Assembly (NCBI RefSeq): GCF_001949145.1 | Contig: NW_019091357.1 | Span: 3,169,078-3,233,077 of the forward strand | Reading direction: 5' to 3' | DNA: 64,000 bases | Source of the DNA: Acanthaster planci | Taxonomy: Eukaryota | In this document: in pieces, positions 1 to 13,800 of the stretch | How the letters are laid out: every line of letters begins with the position of its first letter | Position numbering within the stretch: the first letter of the stretch is position 1 | Made by a program: the position numbers and the translations under genes | The notes under the pieces: model-generated | Database searches by the model: none | The model's input: the letters and a program-made list of their open reading frames with translations, nothing else | What the model was told of the DNA's origin: nothing

Positions 1-252
1 TGTATGTGTAATGCACGTATAGTGCATATCCCAAATTAATATGTCCTCAAAATTAGCGCATGCTAATCCAGCATACGTGGACTTGTCTTGGTTTGAACGT
101 CCGTTGAACATCATTGAATGCTGATAAGCACACATGTATAGTCTACTCTGTGCTACCCAACGACCCTGCCATTCATGCAGATGCAGGAGGCAGATGGATT
201 TGGGTATCGGATTATTGATGGAAGGATAAAGGAGGAACATAACTGTACGCAC

Positions 253-344
253 TTGTAGCAGACACCTGTGGGCCTATTTTGACGCAGATCTTGACTCTCT
301 TCCATCAGTATACAGTTATCGTCCAGGGGGTCCGTTGTGGCCAT
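253..344 (-). CDS. Possible first coding exon of an unidentified gene running off the left edge (MATTDPLDDNCILMEESQDLRQNRPTGVCYK...)
   Basis: ATG in good context (caacATGG) at 344 and a GTGCGT donor-like site after 253, downstream of a promoter-like region at 640-1000. No recognisable domain. Confidence 0.25.
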
Positions 345-639
345 GTTGCCAAGATAGATAGCAACGTGTATCGCGCGGAGATGTGATGGGTTGCCAGGCA
401 GGAAGTGGCACGTACGAAGTACAGCAGTGGAGCGGACGAGGCCAAGGGCGACGGTGATGTGAATATCAGTGTTCAGCACAATCCGTCGCTGCATTTGCGT
501 GTACGTAGGTTCTCCTGGTACGTTGTGCCACCGAAAAGAAAAAAGACATGTACCGTTTGTGTATGGCTGAATACGCCAAACCTTCAGTATTCAAATGAAC
601 CGAAACAGTCAGCCGGCTATTGAAAATTATCTGGCCTTG

Positions 640-1000
640 CGCGCTAGCCACCATCTTTGTAATTTGTGACCCCGTTGTACATCAGTCGACATAATCTATC
701 CCGGCATGAATGGACACAGACTTCGTGCATTAATAATAGCCCTATAGATCGTGTTTCGATGACGCACGTTATTGGTTCGGTGCTGTTTTCACAAGTACAT
801 GATTGGTCAATTTCGCGAACAGTTCATCACGACTGTTCCACTTCATCACGACACAAGTTTGAGAACCGCGCTTCACTCCGGAAACTAGAATCACGAAAGT
901 GAAGCCCGGAAGCCACCGCGGGGACGAAGGCAAGATTTGGGCAAAACACGATTTTGCATGTAACTAAGCATCGTCATGGTGACCGTTTCTTATCCCCCAG
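640..1000. promoter_or_regulatory. CpG-enriched promoter-like region
   Basis: More CpG than its flanks, ATTGG (CCAAT) motifs near 771 and 802, and CCGGAA ETS-like motifs near 878 and 906. Confidence 0.3.
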
Positions 1001-1542
1001 CAATTCGTGAAGTAGTAACAGTTTCTAAACCCCAACACAACGAGAGACTGTTTCTAGCGCTTGCGCACAGCAAGTGAACCTATCGGAGTATCCCAGAGAA
1101 CGTACCATTGACAGATGTAATCATGGTGTTGGTGTGGACTTTTACATATCCCCACGTCAAGGCCATCCAACAGAGCTTGACTTCGGACACACTTCCCGTA
1201 ACAATTTATTCAGAAAGGCACCAATCTATTGGCTCGTATCAGAACACGGTACACGACATGGAGCCTGAGAACAAATTTCAAAAGCGACTTGATAATATTT
1301 TTCCATTGCCACTGAACAAGAGAACATTCACAAAAGAGTTCCATCTTTTGGCCTCGACTAAAATATCTGTAAGCACCGCAAGTACACCCACAAACGTGAC
1401 GTGGGTCGCAAGGAGAGTTTAGCTACAAGCAGCCGGCCTTGGAGGATAACATACTAGATTTTGCTGAGACCACTTTAATTCAAAATAAGCTTGTTCCCAT
1501 TCAAAGACGTGACAACAAAAATAACTCTTGGTAAAAGCTAAT

Positions 1543-1770
1543 GTTGTCGTTGTTTTCGTTTTAATGGCGCTTCCAGCCACTCAGGCTAGTTGCGCCAATA
1601 ACTATACGTTTATTCATAACCTTTATATATCAGCATCACGTTACGGAGTTAGGAAGAATGTCTAGTTATAGAGGCATGAGGAAACCGGAGTACCCGGAGA
1701 AAACCTACGAGTATGGACTGGAAACCAAATGCACTTAAAGCCTGGGCCGAGCCTCGACTCGAACACCACC
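1543..1770 (-). mobile_element. 5'-truncated SINE, same family as 60364-60612
   Basis: Colinear similarity to the 60.4-60.6 kb copy (AACTRTACGTTTATT, TCAGCATCAC, GAGTTAGGAAGAA, GAGGAAACYGGAG, TATGGACTGGAAACCAAAT). The GAGGAAACCGGAGTACCCGGAGAAAACC block resembles the V-SINE central domain. Confidence 0.7.
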
Positions 1771-2659
1771 ATGTAAAACACTGTCGCTTTTAAAATGGAA
1801 TTCCACTTCCACTGCAGATGAGAACAATTCAATGCTACACTCCTGTGTTTATTACTAATTGTAACATCTGAGCCAAATATATATTCTTGAATAAATAACA
1901 GAAAATATGTTAAAATACCGGTTTGATATAAAACAAATTATAACCTTAACCCAACCTAATGCCAGCTACCACCTGACATTGAGCCTATTGTCCATTGCTG
2001 CAAATGGAAAATGTGCGTGGAAAGAACTTTAAATAAAAAAGGCACCCAAAAATCCCAAATATTTAATACAAATCCTGTATTATGCTGAAACTGTGAATAT
2101 CTCCTTTTAATAAAAACAGGAAAAAGTGCACCAAAATAGAACGCCCCCAAGGTCTTCAAACCTGAGATGTTTTAGCCTATTTCATCATTGCACCTTGTTG
2201 CCCCTCAAACAAGTGTCCTACCAATGAATGCATCACTAGCTTACAGTAGCCTCAACCAACCCACAGAAAGTCCAGTCTATCCAAAGCCCACCCACTGCTG
2301 TCTCCACACTGGCTTGGGCCAGGCCAGTGTTTATTATTGGTTCTTTGTCTTGAAATGGACAAACCTCTTGGCGCATACTACCCCATGACCTCCCACCTAC
2401 GCCGATGGTATGCAAGTCCACTGCCGGTCACTTCAAAGCTAATGCTGTCATCCATTCTCTGCAATGGGTGGAGAGCTGGAGAGGCAAGTGGAACAGGAAA
2501 GTGGCTTGCCCAAGGGCAGAACATCTGACCAGCAGTTTGATTCCAACCCCCGACCCTCTAATCCCCTACGAGATCACAGCTGATGAGCACCAGCAGAGGC
2601 AGGAGGGACCTCTTTTAGAGGTTTAACAGTTCATTTTTGTAAAGCACACGTTCTGGACA

Positions 2660-5600
2660 TCACCTGAAACGGTCGAGCAGCGCCTGGAAGACATTTCCAG
2701 GAATACGTTGGTGCTTGCGGATTAGTTCCCTGATGGCAGAGCTAGTCTAAGAGAGATGACACACGTGAACAAAATAAACTGCTATTGCCACCGGTAAGTT
2801 CAGCAAAACGTGTACATTGGTTCCTAACCCTCTCTCAGCTCGACTCTAAACAGCATCACTCTCACTCCTCAAAACCCTCCATCTGGAGATCTGACAGTAC
2901 AGCAACCCTACCTTTTCTGCAAGTTGAGTTGCAGTTAGTGACTCGTCATGTTGTATTGGCTTCCCAATGAATGTCCTTAACAAAAAGGTAACAATATAAA
3001 GTCTCTGGAGTGGAAATTTAAAAACCAAAGATAGATTAATCTTTCACGATACTTTCACAATTAAGATCTTTAATAAAATTACGTTGATAGTTTCATTTTG
3101 TTATTTGTGGAGTCCGCATCGTGGTTCCAAAGAAAACTTAAAGTTTCAACTCACCTTAGTTTGACTGGAAATCCACCATAAATTGGTACAAGAGGAAGAC
3201 GCGTCTTTTCATAAAGGGTTTGAAGATACCTGCGACCCCACGAGGGAGTCCTAAAGGCCTCTCGACAGTTTTGGGTGAAAACTGGAATAATAGGCTAAAA
3301 AAAATGAATGAAAGACATCAAAGTCAAGACTCTCGTGAGCAATTTCTGTACAGTAGAACAATGAAAGCATTTCTTCAACTTTGTTTTAACTTTTATGATC
3401 AAAAGGCAGGAGACGAGATTCAACTTCATTCATTCCACATTCTTTGTACTTCAATTTTCAAAGAGTTTCAAGCCTCATGCTCAGTAGATTAACACTGCCA
3501 GGGTCCTTTCTCTGCAACCCTACAGAATTTTCTGACAAATTCATGGCGGATTTTGAAAAAACTGGGGGGGGGTTAGATTTAAATGTGTTGGTTTAGCATG
3601 AACAAAAAAGAGACCGTGGATTAAAACTCACTGATCCAAATCAACTTCAAAAGAAGCATCAGATGGGACATAGGGTCATGAAGAGTTAAGGACCACTTTT
3701 GTCTTACCACTTTGGCTTCAAGCGCGCACTTGGCGAAGCCGCACCGCTGGCCCCAAACAAGCTCGTAGTGCTCGTCACCAAATAGTGCCTCTCTAACGCC
3801 CCCGGGTGCAATGGCCAGGATGTGCCCCTCCTTCAAGAGGTTCACGCACTCCGGTACTGACCCTCGGGTCACATGAAAGACCTTCAGGAGAATTCTAAAC
3901 CCTGTCCGGAAAATGAGCGAAATGCAAGTCCACAGCGCAACTTTGAAGAAAAGTCTGGAAAATGATGCTGCAGTGGACGGTGTAGGTTATCGTCTCTGTT
4001 CAATAAACATACATACCAAACAGTCCCTAGAACTACAACACGCAGAAAAATTTATTAAGGAGTATACTTCTACATAAAAGTGAAAGATTAGAGAGTGGAA
4101 ATCACGACTCCAATAATGCATACATGTATAAATATTTAAATCTTCACCTGGAATCCCAAATAAGAACCTGTCACCAACGAGCTGCATGAGGCGGCTCTTG
4201 AAGAGCAGAACCTTGGCCATGATGTAGTAGAAGTCAAGGGGAATAGTTCCATGGTAGTATATTAGGACTGCTGCCCCCTCCTGGGGTATATTCTCCAGGC
4301 CGACAATGTCATAGCCTGCAGTGAAAATTGCCCGGAGGCCAACTGACAGACTATGCGACGTGATCAATAGTTTAATATTTATTTCCCAGAAGTGCACTAT
4401 CATTGTTCCATTTCACCAGAAGTCAATTTTCTTTTGTTATTGTGTAGCAATGCCATAGTCCAGTCAATCACAAGTCCCTGCAAGTCAATGACAAGGTCAT
4501 TTAGTCTCGCAAGGAGTCACCAGCTATTCAACTGAACCGTGACAACAGCATTCCTTTGAAATTGTTCATTCCAGTAACTGGCCTAGTGAAAAGATTTGTG
4601 ACTCAACTTGTGAAGGGGTTTATGACGGGACTTGTGATGAACTTTATTAATCATATCTGGTAATGACACCAAGGATTCCTCAAAAGTGCCCTAGGCACTG
4701 TGGCTCGCAAGCCTGAAGAGACCTGTAGAGAGGAGACAATGAGAAGCAGTTACAGTTTTAGGAGAAGGAGAGGTGGGAGGAAAACCCCAGAGGAATATTC
4801 TGGGTAAAACCCACAGAATCAGGTAGGGACTGCAAACCTAATCCACATGTCACGATGTGGACCAGGCCGGAATTTGAACCCAGACTGCAGAGGTGGAAAG
4901 CGAGGACAGAACCACCACGCCAACCTGACTCCCCGCAACACTAATATGGCGACAACACTAATATTCAGTAGCGCATGAGTCCGGGGATGAACTTGCAGAC
5001 ATCTGAAAAACAGCAAGGCATCCACCCAATGTGTAACCAACAATCTAGAAAAAAGGAGTGGAAAAAACACATCACACTTGTACAATCCTCGGCCAACAAA
5101 TATCTCACTTACACATCTTCACATATGTACGCAGATAATGGTTTCATTTGCTGAATCATTATTTGAAATACTCACCGTCACCAAAGTAGGCAGGGTTTTT
5201 GCCAAAAGGGGGCCACATTCCGATAGACAGCAACCAAAAAAAGTTCAATTTGACAGCAAGTCAATGTTGATGATAATGAGGGGGACATGTACACCTTCTC
5301 ATGGGCAAAGTACTCGTATCCCTTCCCATTTTTCATAAAGTTTTGGGGGAAGGGGGATACTACCATCGTCTCTCTCCGAAGTAAACTGGTACTTACCATG
5401 CCATATATTGCCCTGCCCCTCCCAGAACGTCGCAAGCACCATGCGGGCCCAGTCCCACGTGCCGCTGCTGTAGTAGGCGTCGGCCAAACGGTGCCGTGCC
5501 TTGTAGATATGCAGGAAGAGCACGGACCCATAGATCATCACCAGGATGACCACAGGCAGCAGGAAGGCCATGACTATGGGGGCGAACAGCCACAGCAGCC

Positions 5601-5712
5601 AGGACAAGAGGTTGTAGTCCAGGCTAGCCAGGCTCTGCTCCAACCACTCGGGGAGGTGTAGGCTGAGGTTGGTGGCAAGCCATTGGAAAATTTGATCGAC
5701 GTTACCAGACAT
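2660..5712 (-). CDS. TMEM68: Transmembrane protein 68 / DIESL acyltransferase (PlsC/GPAT-like), 322 aa, complete
   Basis: Six GT-AG exons: 5712-5397, 4315-4148, 3901-3708, 3294-3155, 2975-2912, 2746-2660 (969 nt, phases consistent, TGA at 2662-2660). Motifs: hydrophobic N-terminus, IWHGYDIVGLENIP, YYHGTIPLD (HxxxxD), IAPGGVREALF, PIIPVFTQN, PIYGGFPVKLRTFIG, HQRIPGN..ALLDRF. The ATG exon has an acceptor at 5782, so a non-coding upstream exon exists. Confidence 0.95.
4700..4934 (-). mobile_element. tRNA-derived SINE in the first coding intron of TMEM68
   Basis: Minus-strand head with A-box-like TGGCGTGGTGG and B-box GGTTCAAATTCC, followed by a V-domain-like segment (plus strand GGGAGGAAAACC...AAAACCCAC). 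Left boundary approximate. Confidence 0.65.
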
Positions 5713-7079
5713 GGTTGGGTTGCCGTCACCCTACAAGTGTCCTATGCAAGCAAGTTCTGAACACTAGCAGCCTAAGGACATCCTGCAAACAAAACGCAGA
5801 AAGAAGATGAAAGGAAACCTCGTCTATTACACAGATGCTCTGGCCAAAATTTTTCCAGACATCATTGTTAACTTGTGCACATGTATACAGCTGTTAGCAG
5901 GGTTATAGCAACCAATGAAAACATGCAATCAATAGGGGGCCTATCATGCCTATGGAAGGGTAGGCGTATACATGATGTGAGCCACGTGCACAGCACATAC
6001 ATTGACATACACGACAACATGCGCATTCTGCCTCACTGATTGAGAAAACTATCATGATAAGCTAGCAAAATTATAATTATGGCTCCACATCATGTTTCAC
6101 ATGTTACATGCAGACCTAGTACTATGGTGTCGATGTCGCCATCAATCAGTCTGGATCATGGATGGTTTTCCGTGGATAAGATGGACATGATGGATGATGG
6201 AACAATGACTAAGAAGGAAAAGAAAGGTCCAGCATGTCCAAGGTTCTTCATGTTCTTGAATTTTAGACATGTCAATGAGTTTAACCAATGAAAATCGGTC
6301 TTCAGGAACTGATACATGCCACTTACTTAACAGAGAGTTTACGTCCTCCCATCACCCGTCAGCCTAGCGCCTAGCAGTGGCACTGAATCGAGATATATTT
6401 TTATATATGCAAACCTCTGAATCCGATAACCAGCGAAAGTTGTTAGCGCCCTCACCTGTTGTGTGTGTACCATCTTTGGTGGAGATCCCGCAGACCTACA
6501 TGTACTGTACGTACATGTACATTGTACAACCTACATTTTATGTGTCTGTTGTGGGTGATTCCGGGCCCCGGTGCGGTTTTTCCAACAGCCCCTGTGTACA
6601 AGTTGTCTCATCGCAGAGCACATATATGCGAAAGTGGTGTAACAGTGCAGGATGGGGAGTGCCACGCTCCCTCCCCTGGGTTTTCCCCTGTGTCCCCCAC
6701 CCCACCCCCTGAGAAAATTAGAGAGGGAAAAATCTGGTGATACTTAGTCCTTGATAGTCTGTCTGTTTTGACTCTCCAGAAAATGAGTCCCCCAAGGGCC
6801 CTAGGGCCCTCTGCAAAATTAACCCGCTAACAAAATAATTTTTAAAACCCACTGATAAAGTAACAACAATAAAACATTCACATTTTATTAATTAAAATAA
6901 TGATTAACTGTCTTATTTTATGTTGGTTTGTAGCTTACTGTTTAATGATGGAGATTGCCAAGTTGTATGACAGTTGTATGTAAAAAGGGGTCACAGCGGA
7001 TTCAGCGCGAGTCCATGTCCAATGGTTTATATTTAGTTCACAAGATTATTATCCTTAGCTTTGTTGAAATTCTGTTTAC

Positions 7080-7810
7080 GGCGCCACAGCAGGCGTAACT
7101 TCCTTAAGCCCCGCCCTCCATTTCGGAATTTTACTGAGCTCCAAAAAATTGGAACAAGTCAATTTGCAATTTTGAGAGCAGACTCCCCGGGAAATCTGAA
7201 TTTGATAATACTGAATTTTCCATTTTCAGTATTTTGAGGGTAACAGGAAACAGGGGCACGCAGGTCTATTATTCGGAAACCCATGCACCCCCCTCTGGTC
7301 TCGCCACTCCCCTATTTCATTTCCATGCCACTCAGCTCATCAGTGTGGCCCAGGCCAGACATCCCTGTTCAGTCCATAATACAATCGCCCACTGCATCAT
7401 TCCTTTCTGCCTCCTGGGAGTGATTCATTTTACACATGGGGAAATCCACGTACACTTAGTTACATGGTGAACGCCTCTTCCTTTTCGATAGCTCACGGTA
7501 TAAACAGGGTACCCGTCAACTCCCCGTGTTTTGTTCTGTTGTTTTGGCAGCTGGGAATGTTGCAGACGACGCAGACACGTTGAAACTGCATGTACATATG
7601 CGAAAGGACCTCGTAATTATGCATTTTTGGAAAGGAAACGCCAAATCAAACCTTTCTATAATTTAGGAATTCATGTCATGGGCATGGAAGAGGATATTGC
7701 TCCAAAGTCTTCGTCCAAAAAGGTAAGAGTTATCAGAAATTATTGCATTTGTTTTAAACGAGATCATCTCTTTTTGGACCGAGCTCAATTCAAAATGGCC
7801 GACGAAGTCA
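7080..7810. promoter_or_regulatory. Probable bidirectional promoter region shared by TMEM68 and CCM2
   Basis: Start codons face away from each other about 2 kb apart (5712 on -, 7684 on +). GC box GCCCCGCCC near 7108, YY1-like AAAATGGCCG near 7792, minus-strand donor-like sites at 6326 (GTAAGT) and 7496 (GTGAGC) that could end TMEM68 5'UTR exons. Confidence 0.45.
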
Positions 7811-10800
7811 TTTTCGGGGTGCTCTCAAGATTTTAAAGTTACCTGTAAATTCGCTAAAATTAAATTGTGCAAAACGTTTTGTTTTTGTTGCATTATAATA
7901 CAGCTTCAAGGATATTGAGATATTTCATTGAATTAAGCCCCCAAAGTCTCAAACGAAGTGACCACACCCAGACTACACTGAGTAAATTTGCTCATGTGAA
8001 CTCAGTATTCCCGTCATTGCACTGATTTCGTGATAAAAGTGAAAATGGAGTTTTGCCCGTTTACGTCTTTTTTATTTGTAGTTTTCACGTGTGTAGATAA
8101 GATGTACACTATATAGTGAGCTATGTATGCATTTAACATAATCAGGAATTGATCATTGTGGAATAATCCTGCACTAGTGCCTGCTCTGGACTTTGGCATG
8201 TTTGAGAATGATTTATTACCTTTATTGTGAGTCCACTTGTAATGTTCCCATTTCTCTCTGTTTTGTCAAAATATTTGTAAATTCCATTGGAACATATCAG
8301 TACCTCCATAAATTACCACTTTGTAGTGATTTGTAGGGGCCTACTCTGAATTAAAACATCATGTTTGAAAATGTTACACCCCGACTATAGCATTAGTCCC
8401 AACTATAGTTAGTTGGGCCCGTCCCAACTAGAGTGCTACAGTTGGGCCAGCCCAACTACAGCAGAGAGGTTCTGTGCGCATGATGTGCCCAGCATGTGCC
8501 AAAGTCATATTGTTTACAAATGTCATGTCATAGGGCTAGATGAACAGATGAAGTGCCACATTTTACAAGTATGAGACACATTGACTTGGATAATGTTAAG
8601 ACATTTCCCACAGACATTGGTCAACAATAGTTGGGCCAGCCCAACTGCAGCACTACAGTTGGGACAGTCCCAACTATAGTTGGGACTTAGGCTATAGTTG
8701 GGGCGTAACAAAGATATTATAACCTTTAGTTACCATATATGTATAATGTACATGTAGCTGTTAACAAATTTATAATATAAATTTCATTTAGGCATTCGTA
8801 GTCAAGTAACTACATGTAGCTAGAGCCTGGCTGTGCCTCAATGCCCATTGAAATGTCCCCGTAGACAAGTTGATTTTCTGAAAAAGGGGCCTTTGCAAAT
8901 GAGAAATTGCCTTGTCCTTTCAACACTTAGTTCCTGCCCTGCTGTTACACCCTATTTAGAAACACCATCTGCCCCAACCACACCATAGGGATGATCCCAA
9001 CTACATGCAAATGCATAGTTCCAAACCAGAGCACTGCAGTTGGACCAGCCAATCAACACTGTATAGTTGGAACTGTGCAAACTTTAATTGGGACCGTTGC
9101 CTTAACACGTGGAGCCTGTTAGTGATGTGCGTTTTCTGTGCATTTACTTCAAGATGTACATGTAGTGATAGAAAAGGCCACTAACTTAAAAAAAAATTTA
9201 CAGGATATTAAACTGAGTCTGTTTTGATTTTGTGTTTTTGGACTTTGAAACTTAACGCTAACTTTCAGTCTATTCTTTACTAGATAGCTCACTAAATCCT
9301 AATTTCCTACTTTGGTGGGAGCTCAGTGTCACATTTTTATTCTCTCATCACTTGAATTTTTCAAGGGTGAAAGAACAGTGGTTGGGCCCGGTATCTTCCC
9401 TAAACCTCCAAAATCCTTTTGTAACCTGGTCGATGGAGGAACTTCATTAACTAGGGGCAGTGTTGTTTCTCCTTAGGTGTTCCAAACGTTTATTAGAATA
9501 CTAACAATCCCCAACTAGCCTACATGTGTAATTCAAACACCAGAGTTTGTTGGAATCTGTTAGGATGAGTAGTGCACTAGTAGGCTGTGTTTTATGTAGG
9601 ATTAGGCAAACCACAAAGAAACAGAGTCCAACTGTTTATAAATCAAATTGATCAAATAAGTAGCACACCCAATTATGGTATGTGTAATGCACTGTACACT
9701 GAGTGATGACTGTACATGTAGGTTGACTCAGTGACAGGGTTTTTCTTTCCTCCACTTTTCCTTTCCAGCAAGGAGGGTTACTGGGTCTTTTCAACAAGGA
9801 CAAGGACAGGGACAGAGGCCGCGTGGGCATCAACAGGCACTCCCGGGATCGGGAGTCCAGAGATTCTCACGAAATCTCCTCACAGTTGGCCCATCACCAC
9901 CCCCACCACCACCACACTGCGCTGGAAGGCAGGCGGGCGCTCAAGACCATGGAGCTGAGTCCCCCAGAGTACAAGGTGGATCCGCAGGTCCTCATCGACA
10001 GCTTTCTAGAAATTGCAATCAAGGTATGAAGTCTGTACCATTTTCTGAAAAACCTTCTCTCGTTTCAGTTTTTTTTTTCTACTTCCTTTGAGGGAGGGTG
10101 TTTTGCGTTTGGGGTTCCAATTTGTTCAGGGTACTTCGCGGTCATATTTACTTGTTTCTTATAGATGTTTAATCCTCAAACACTGTGGAAAAAATGCAAA
10201 TGAACTTGCACACTACGTTAGTGACCAAATCAGAGCAAACGCCCTCTGTTGTGCTTTTGTAGTAAGAGTTTGATTTCAACTTTTCAGACCTGGTTAGAAA
10301 TCATGAGATGAATACATTAAGATTTTAAAAAATTCAGTCATGGTACAATGACTGGAAACTTCTCTATTTTTCTAAACTAACTAAATATTGGAACTCCTAG
10401 AGATTCCGGAAGAAGGATGCAAACAAATGTACCAAAATATTGAACCATACAATGAATTGTAAAAACACACCCATGAACATGTAAGAGTCAGGGGATTTTC
10501 GTGCATACACCACGTTTGTCAGATTTTTGTTGGTTTTTTTTTTTCATGCTTTGTTTCCTCTGTGTCCATTGCATGTACAATGTATTTGTACCTCTGTCGT
10601 CAGTTTCCTGGTTGGAATGTTTTCTTCGGCTGAAGATTTGGCTGGGGAAAAGGACAATCTCAAAAAATGTTGTGTACCATGGCAGCAGTGGTTATTCGCT
10701 CCATTGAACATGCTAGACAGAACCTTACATGACTAGTCGGGGTTAAGTTGCAAGCATTGTCTCACTTGTTGCAGTCAAGGGGAGGTCTGGGGTTTGGCTG

Positions 10801-13800
10801 AAAGTTGGGAAATGTAGCGTGAACAAGTCACAGATATTAACCCTAACCTTCCCCAACCACTCAGAATTAAACAGTAGTAAAGTGTTTAATTCTGTAGGGA
10901 TAGGTCTGGTAGGCCCTTAACAGCTGGCTTTTGCATTGGGTTTTTCATACATGTACCTCAGAAAAATAAAGTCCAACAGCCTCTGTGCACAAAGTCCCAT
11001 ATGGGTGTTTAACTTTGTGTGAATGGGGAGGGTTAGGGCCAGCAACCCTTGGGTGGTTAGGGTTAATAAAGAACAGTTTTGTATCACGTTGCAAATGTGC
11101 AATCTAACACTTCACCGAATGAGTTCCCCATCCATGTACCACTTAGTTTCCTTAATATAACTTGAAAACTGCCCACAAGTGTAAACTTGATGAAGAAACT
11201 CTTAATTTTGAAGTGAAGAAACTTTCAAAGTTTCTTTGAAAATGCATATTTTGGATTTTTTGCTGTCATGGCCCATACATGTAGTCTTAAATTTTTGCAC
11301 AAGATCTAAGGTGGAAGCCAGATAAGGAACACTTTCCCGGTACTTATTTGAATTAAAATTAAAATTGTGCTTGTCTTTGAACTTGCTTGCTGGTCTCTCC
11401 GGGCCCTATGACTCACTCATTTGCCCCAGGATCCCATCCATCACTTGCACACACATAATGGTACCATGCAGCCCCTGCTCTGCAGGCACGCATGCCACAC
11501 ACAATGTAGCATTTAATGTAACATGCTTTCAGATCAGAGACCCTTATTGTGAACGGTGTGAAAGGAATCACAGCCAGGCTTTGGCATGTTTAACAATCAT
11601 ACACCCATTAGTACCAGCACCTTGCATGAACCAGTGCAAGGCGACGGCCATATGTTCAATACTGTTGAGGGAAAATTTGATCCCATAACTGTGGGCCATT
11701 TACCCAGTAATTACATGCACCCAGTGGCTGGTCTTTTAGTCAATAAATACTGTACGTGTTTTGTTTTTCTTTTTTCTTCATATTGAACAATTTTTTAACC
11801 CTTCCCCGAGATACTTGTAACCCACCAGGAAGTTTTTGAACATTTCATTTCCAGGATTGTTGAGGAAGTGAAAGCCTAGCCTTGGCACTGTCAGTATACT
11901 CGGTGCTCAATCATGCCCCTTTGTCAGTTGAAATACCAAACTAGAATGCCAGTGGGTTCCTGCACAGCAGAGGATGGAGGATTGAGGACAAATTCCTGGC
12001 AGAATTTTCTATCAGATAGACCTCGAGGTTGATATTACAGGTCTGAAGATGGTCCTGTCACAGTCCTTGCTCTTAAATACTTCCTTTCCTCCTTCCAGTA
12101 CTTGGGGGTCATTCCGAGTGTTCCATACGGACTGGATCCCACCAAACGGACAGAGCTGCTTAGAATTGTTGATAAAGGAAAGGTAACTACAGTACCTGAG
12201 AGGGTCTCGCACTTGTTCTGAAAGGCCAGGGATGTGTCTGACTTGTTTCACCGACCTACTTTCATGTGATTCAATGTCAAATTTACTTGTTGGCTAAACA
12301 AGAAATAGTTCATGAGTTAGCTTTTATGAAAGAATTTTGACAGGAATACAGTTTCTGAAGTGCCCCACTAAGGAGCATACTGAAAAATTCAGCCGTATTA
12401 AAAATCTTAAAAAATATAAAACGAAAAAGTACTGGTGGACTGGTGGTCCTTCTTAAACTTGAAAGTCATATTCATATGTGTTACTTTATCCACCTGCCGT
12501 GTTATTGATTGGATGCATGTACATACCTAGAGTTATTTGCAGTCAGCCCCATTGGACACTTATATATCCCTTGAATAGCTACTGAGAAATAAAGAGATGT
12601 GGAAGATACAAAAAACATTGAAAAATTACCCGCGTGTACTGTGGATCAGATGCTGGTTTTAAAAAAACCACTCTCTTGTTCATGCATTGAGCCCACAAAA
12701 AGTTGAATGTACTTGTGAACACTTACTCTCAACGTTGTTCCTTTTGGTGTGTCCAGAAGCAAGGTTTACTACCCTGGAGCACAAGGGAGAACAAACACGA
12801 TGCCATCCTGTCAGTCTCAGCCAAACAGATCAAGGTGGTCAGACGAGACGGAGAGGTAAGTGCTTGATGAGAAAAACGGCTTGGCTTTCGTCAACTGAAC
12901 GCTGCACCATTTCTTGTCCGAGAAAGGTGAAAGCTTATTCTGTTGTCCTGCACTTGACATGAAAAACAAAGATGTAAATGTGTGTGATTCAGTTCTGGAT
13001 TTATTTCCCTTTTTGTTTTTCAGGAAACACTAGTGCGTTTGCCAATCCACGACATAGCTGCCGTAAGTTACATCCGGGACGACGGACAACACCTCGTCAT
13101 GTTCAAAATTGGTAAGTTGTACATATCTCACAAGTCCTTTTGGACGAAAAGCCGACTTCAGTCAGTCAAGGTCAAACTACTGTACAAACTAATGGCACAT
13201 GGCTACGTGTAGACGGATATCAGTTCTCCATTCTGTGTGGTTTTTTTCCCAGTTATGATGATTTCAAGTAAAGCTCGGAATGGTTGATGGCAAAGCACTA
13301 TGATATGCATTTTGGAGATACCTTCTACCAATCTTTTGTACTTGTATACCGTATTTCAGCGACTGACAGTCAACAGGAGCAATGCAACCTGGTCGTGTTC
13401 GAGTGTCGATCAAAGGCAAGTGGACACCTGACTTTCTCCTGTCCTTGCATTAACAGTATACAGCACAATTGTGGCCCAACCCATTTAACTGAGCTTGGAG
13501 CTGCTAGTGCAGCTTTGCGTGGTTAAGGGCACTTGAAAAGAAATTTTGCACTTAACAGAAATTGGCAGTGGTTCTCGAATTGTCTGAAGCACCCAGTCAA
13601 AGATCAACACGAACATACACGTTTTCAATTCAGTGACCAAATGGCCTAGGAATGTTGTGCTCTGATAAAGTTGTACATTTCATGTAGTGTCTTCATTTGA
13701 GAGACAACTGAAGATTATGAGGGCTTGAATTGGCAAGGAAACCAAGTGTCCTGCCAGAAGCTGGGCTGGGAACTGGATAACAATATTTTGTTTTCATTCC

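Noticed and set aside
2440..2580. Degenerate SINE remnant 3' of TMEM68
   Set aside because: Only short motifs (GGGTGGAGAG, AAGTGGCTTGCCCAAGG) resemble the 24.3-24.6 kb SINE; too decayed to delimit.
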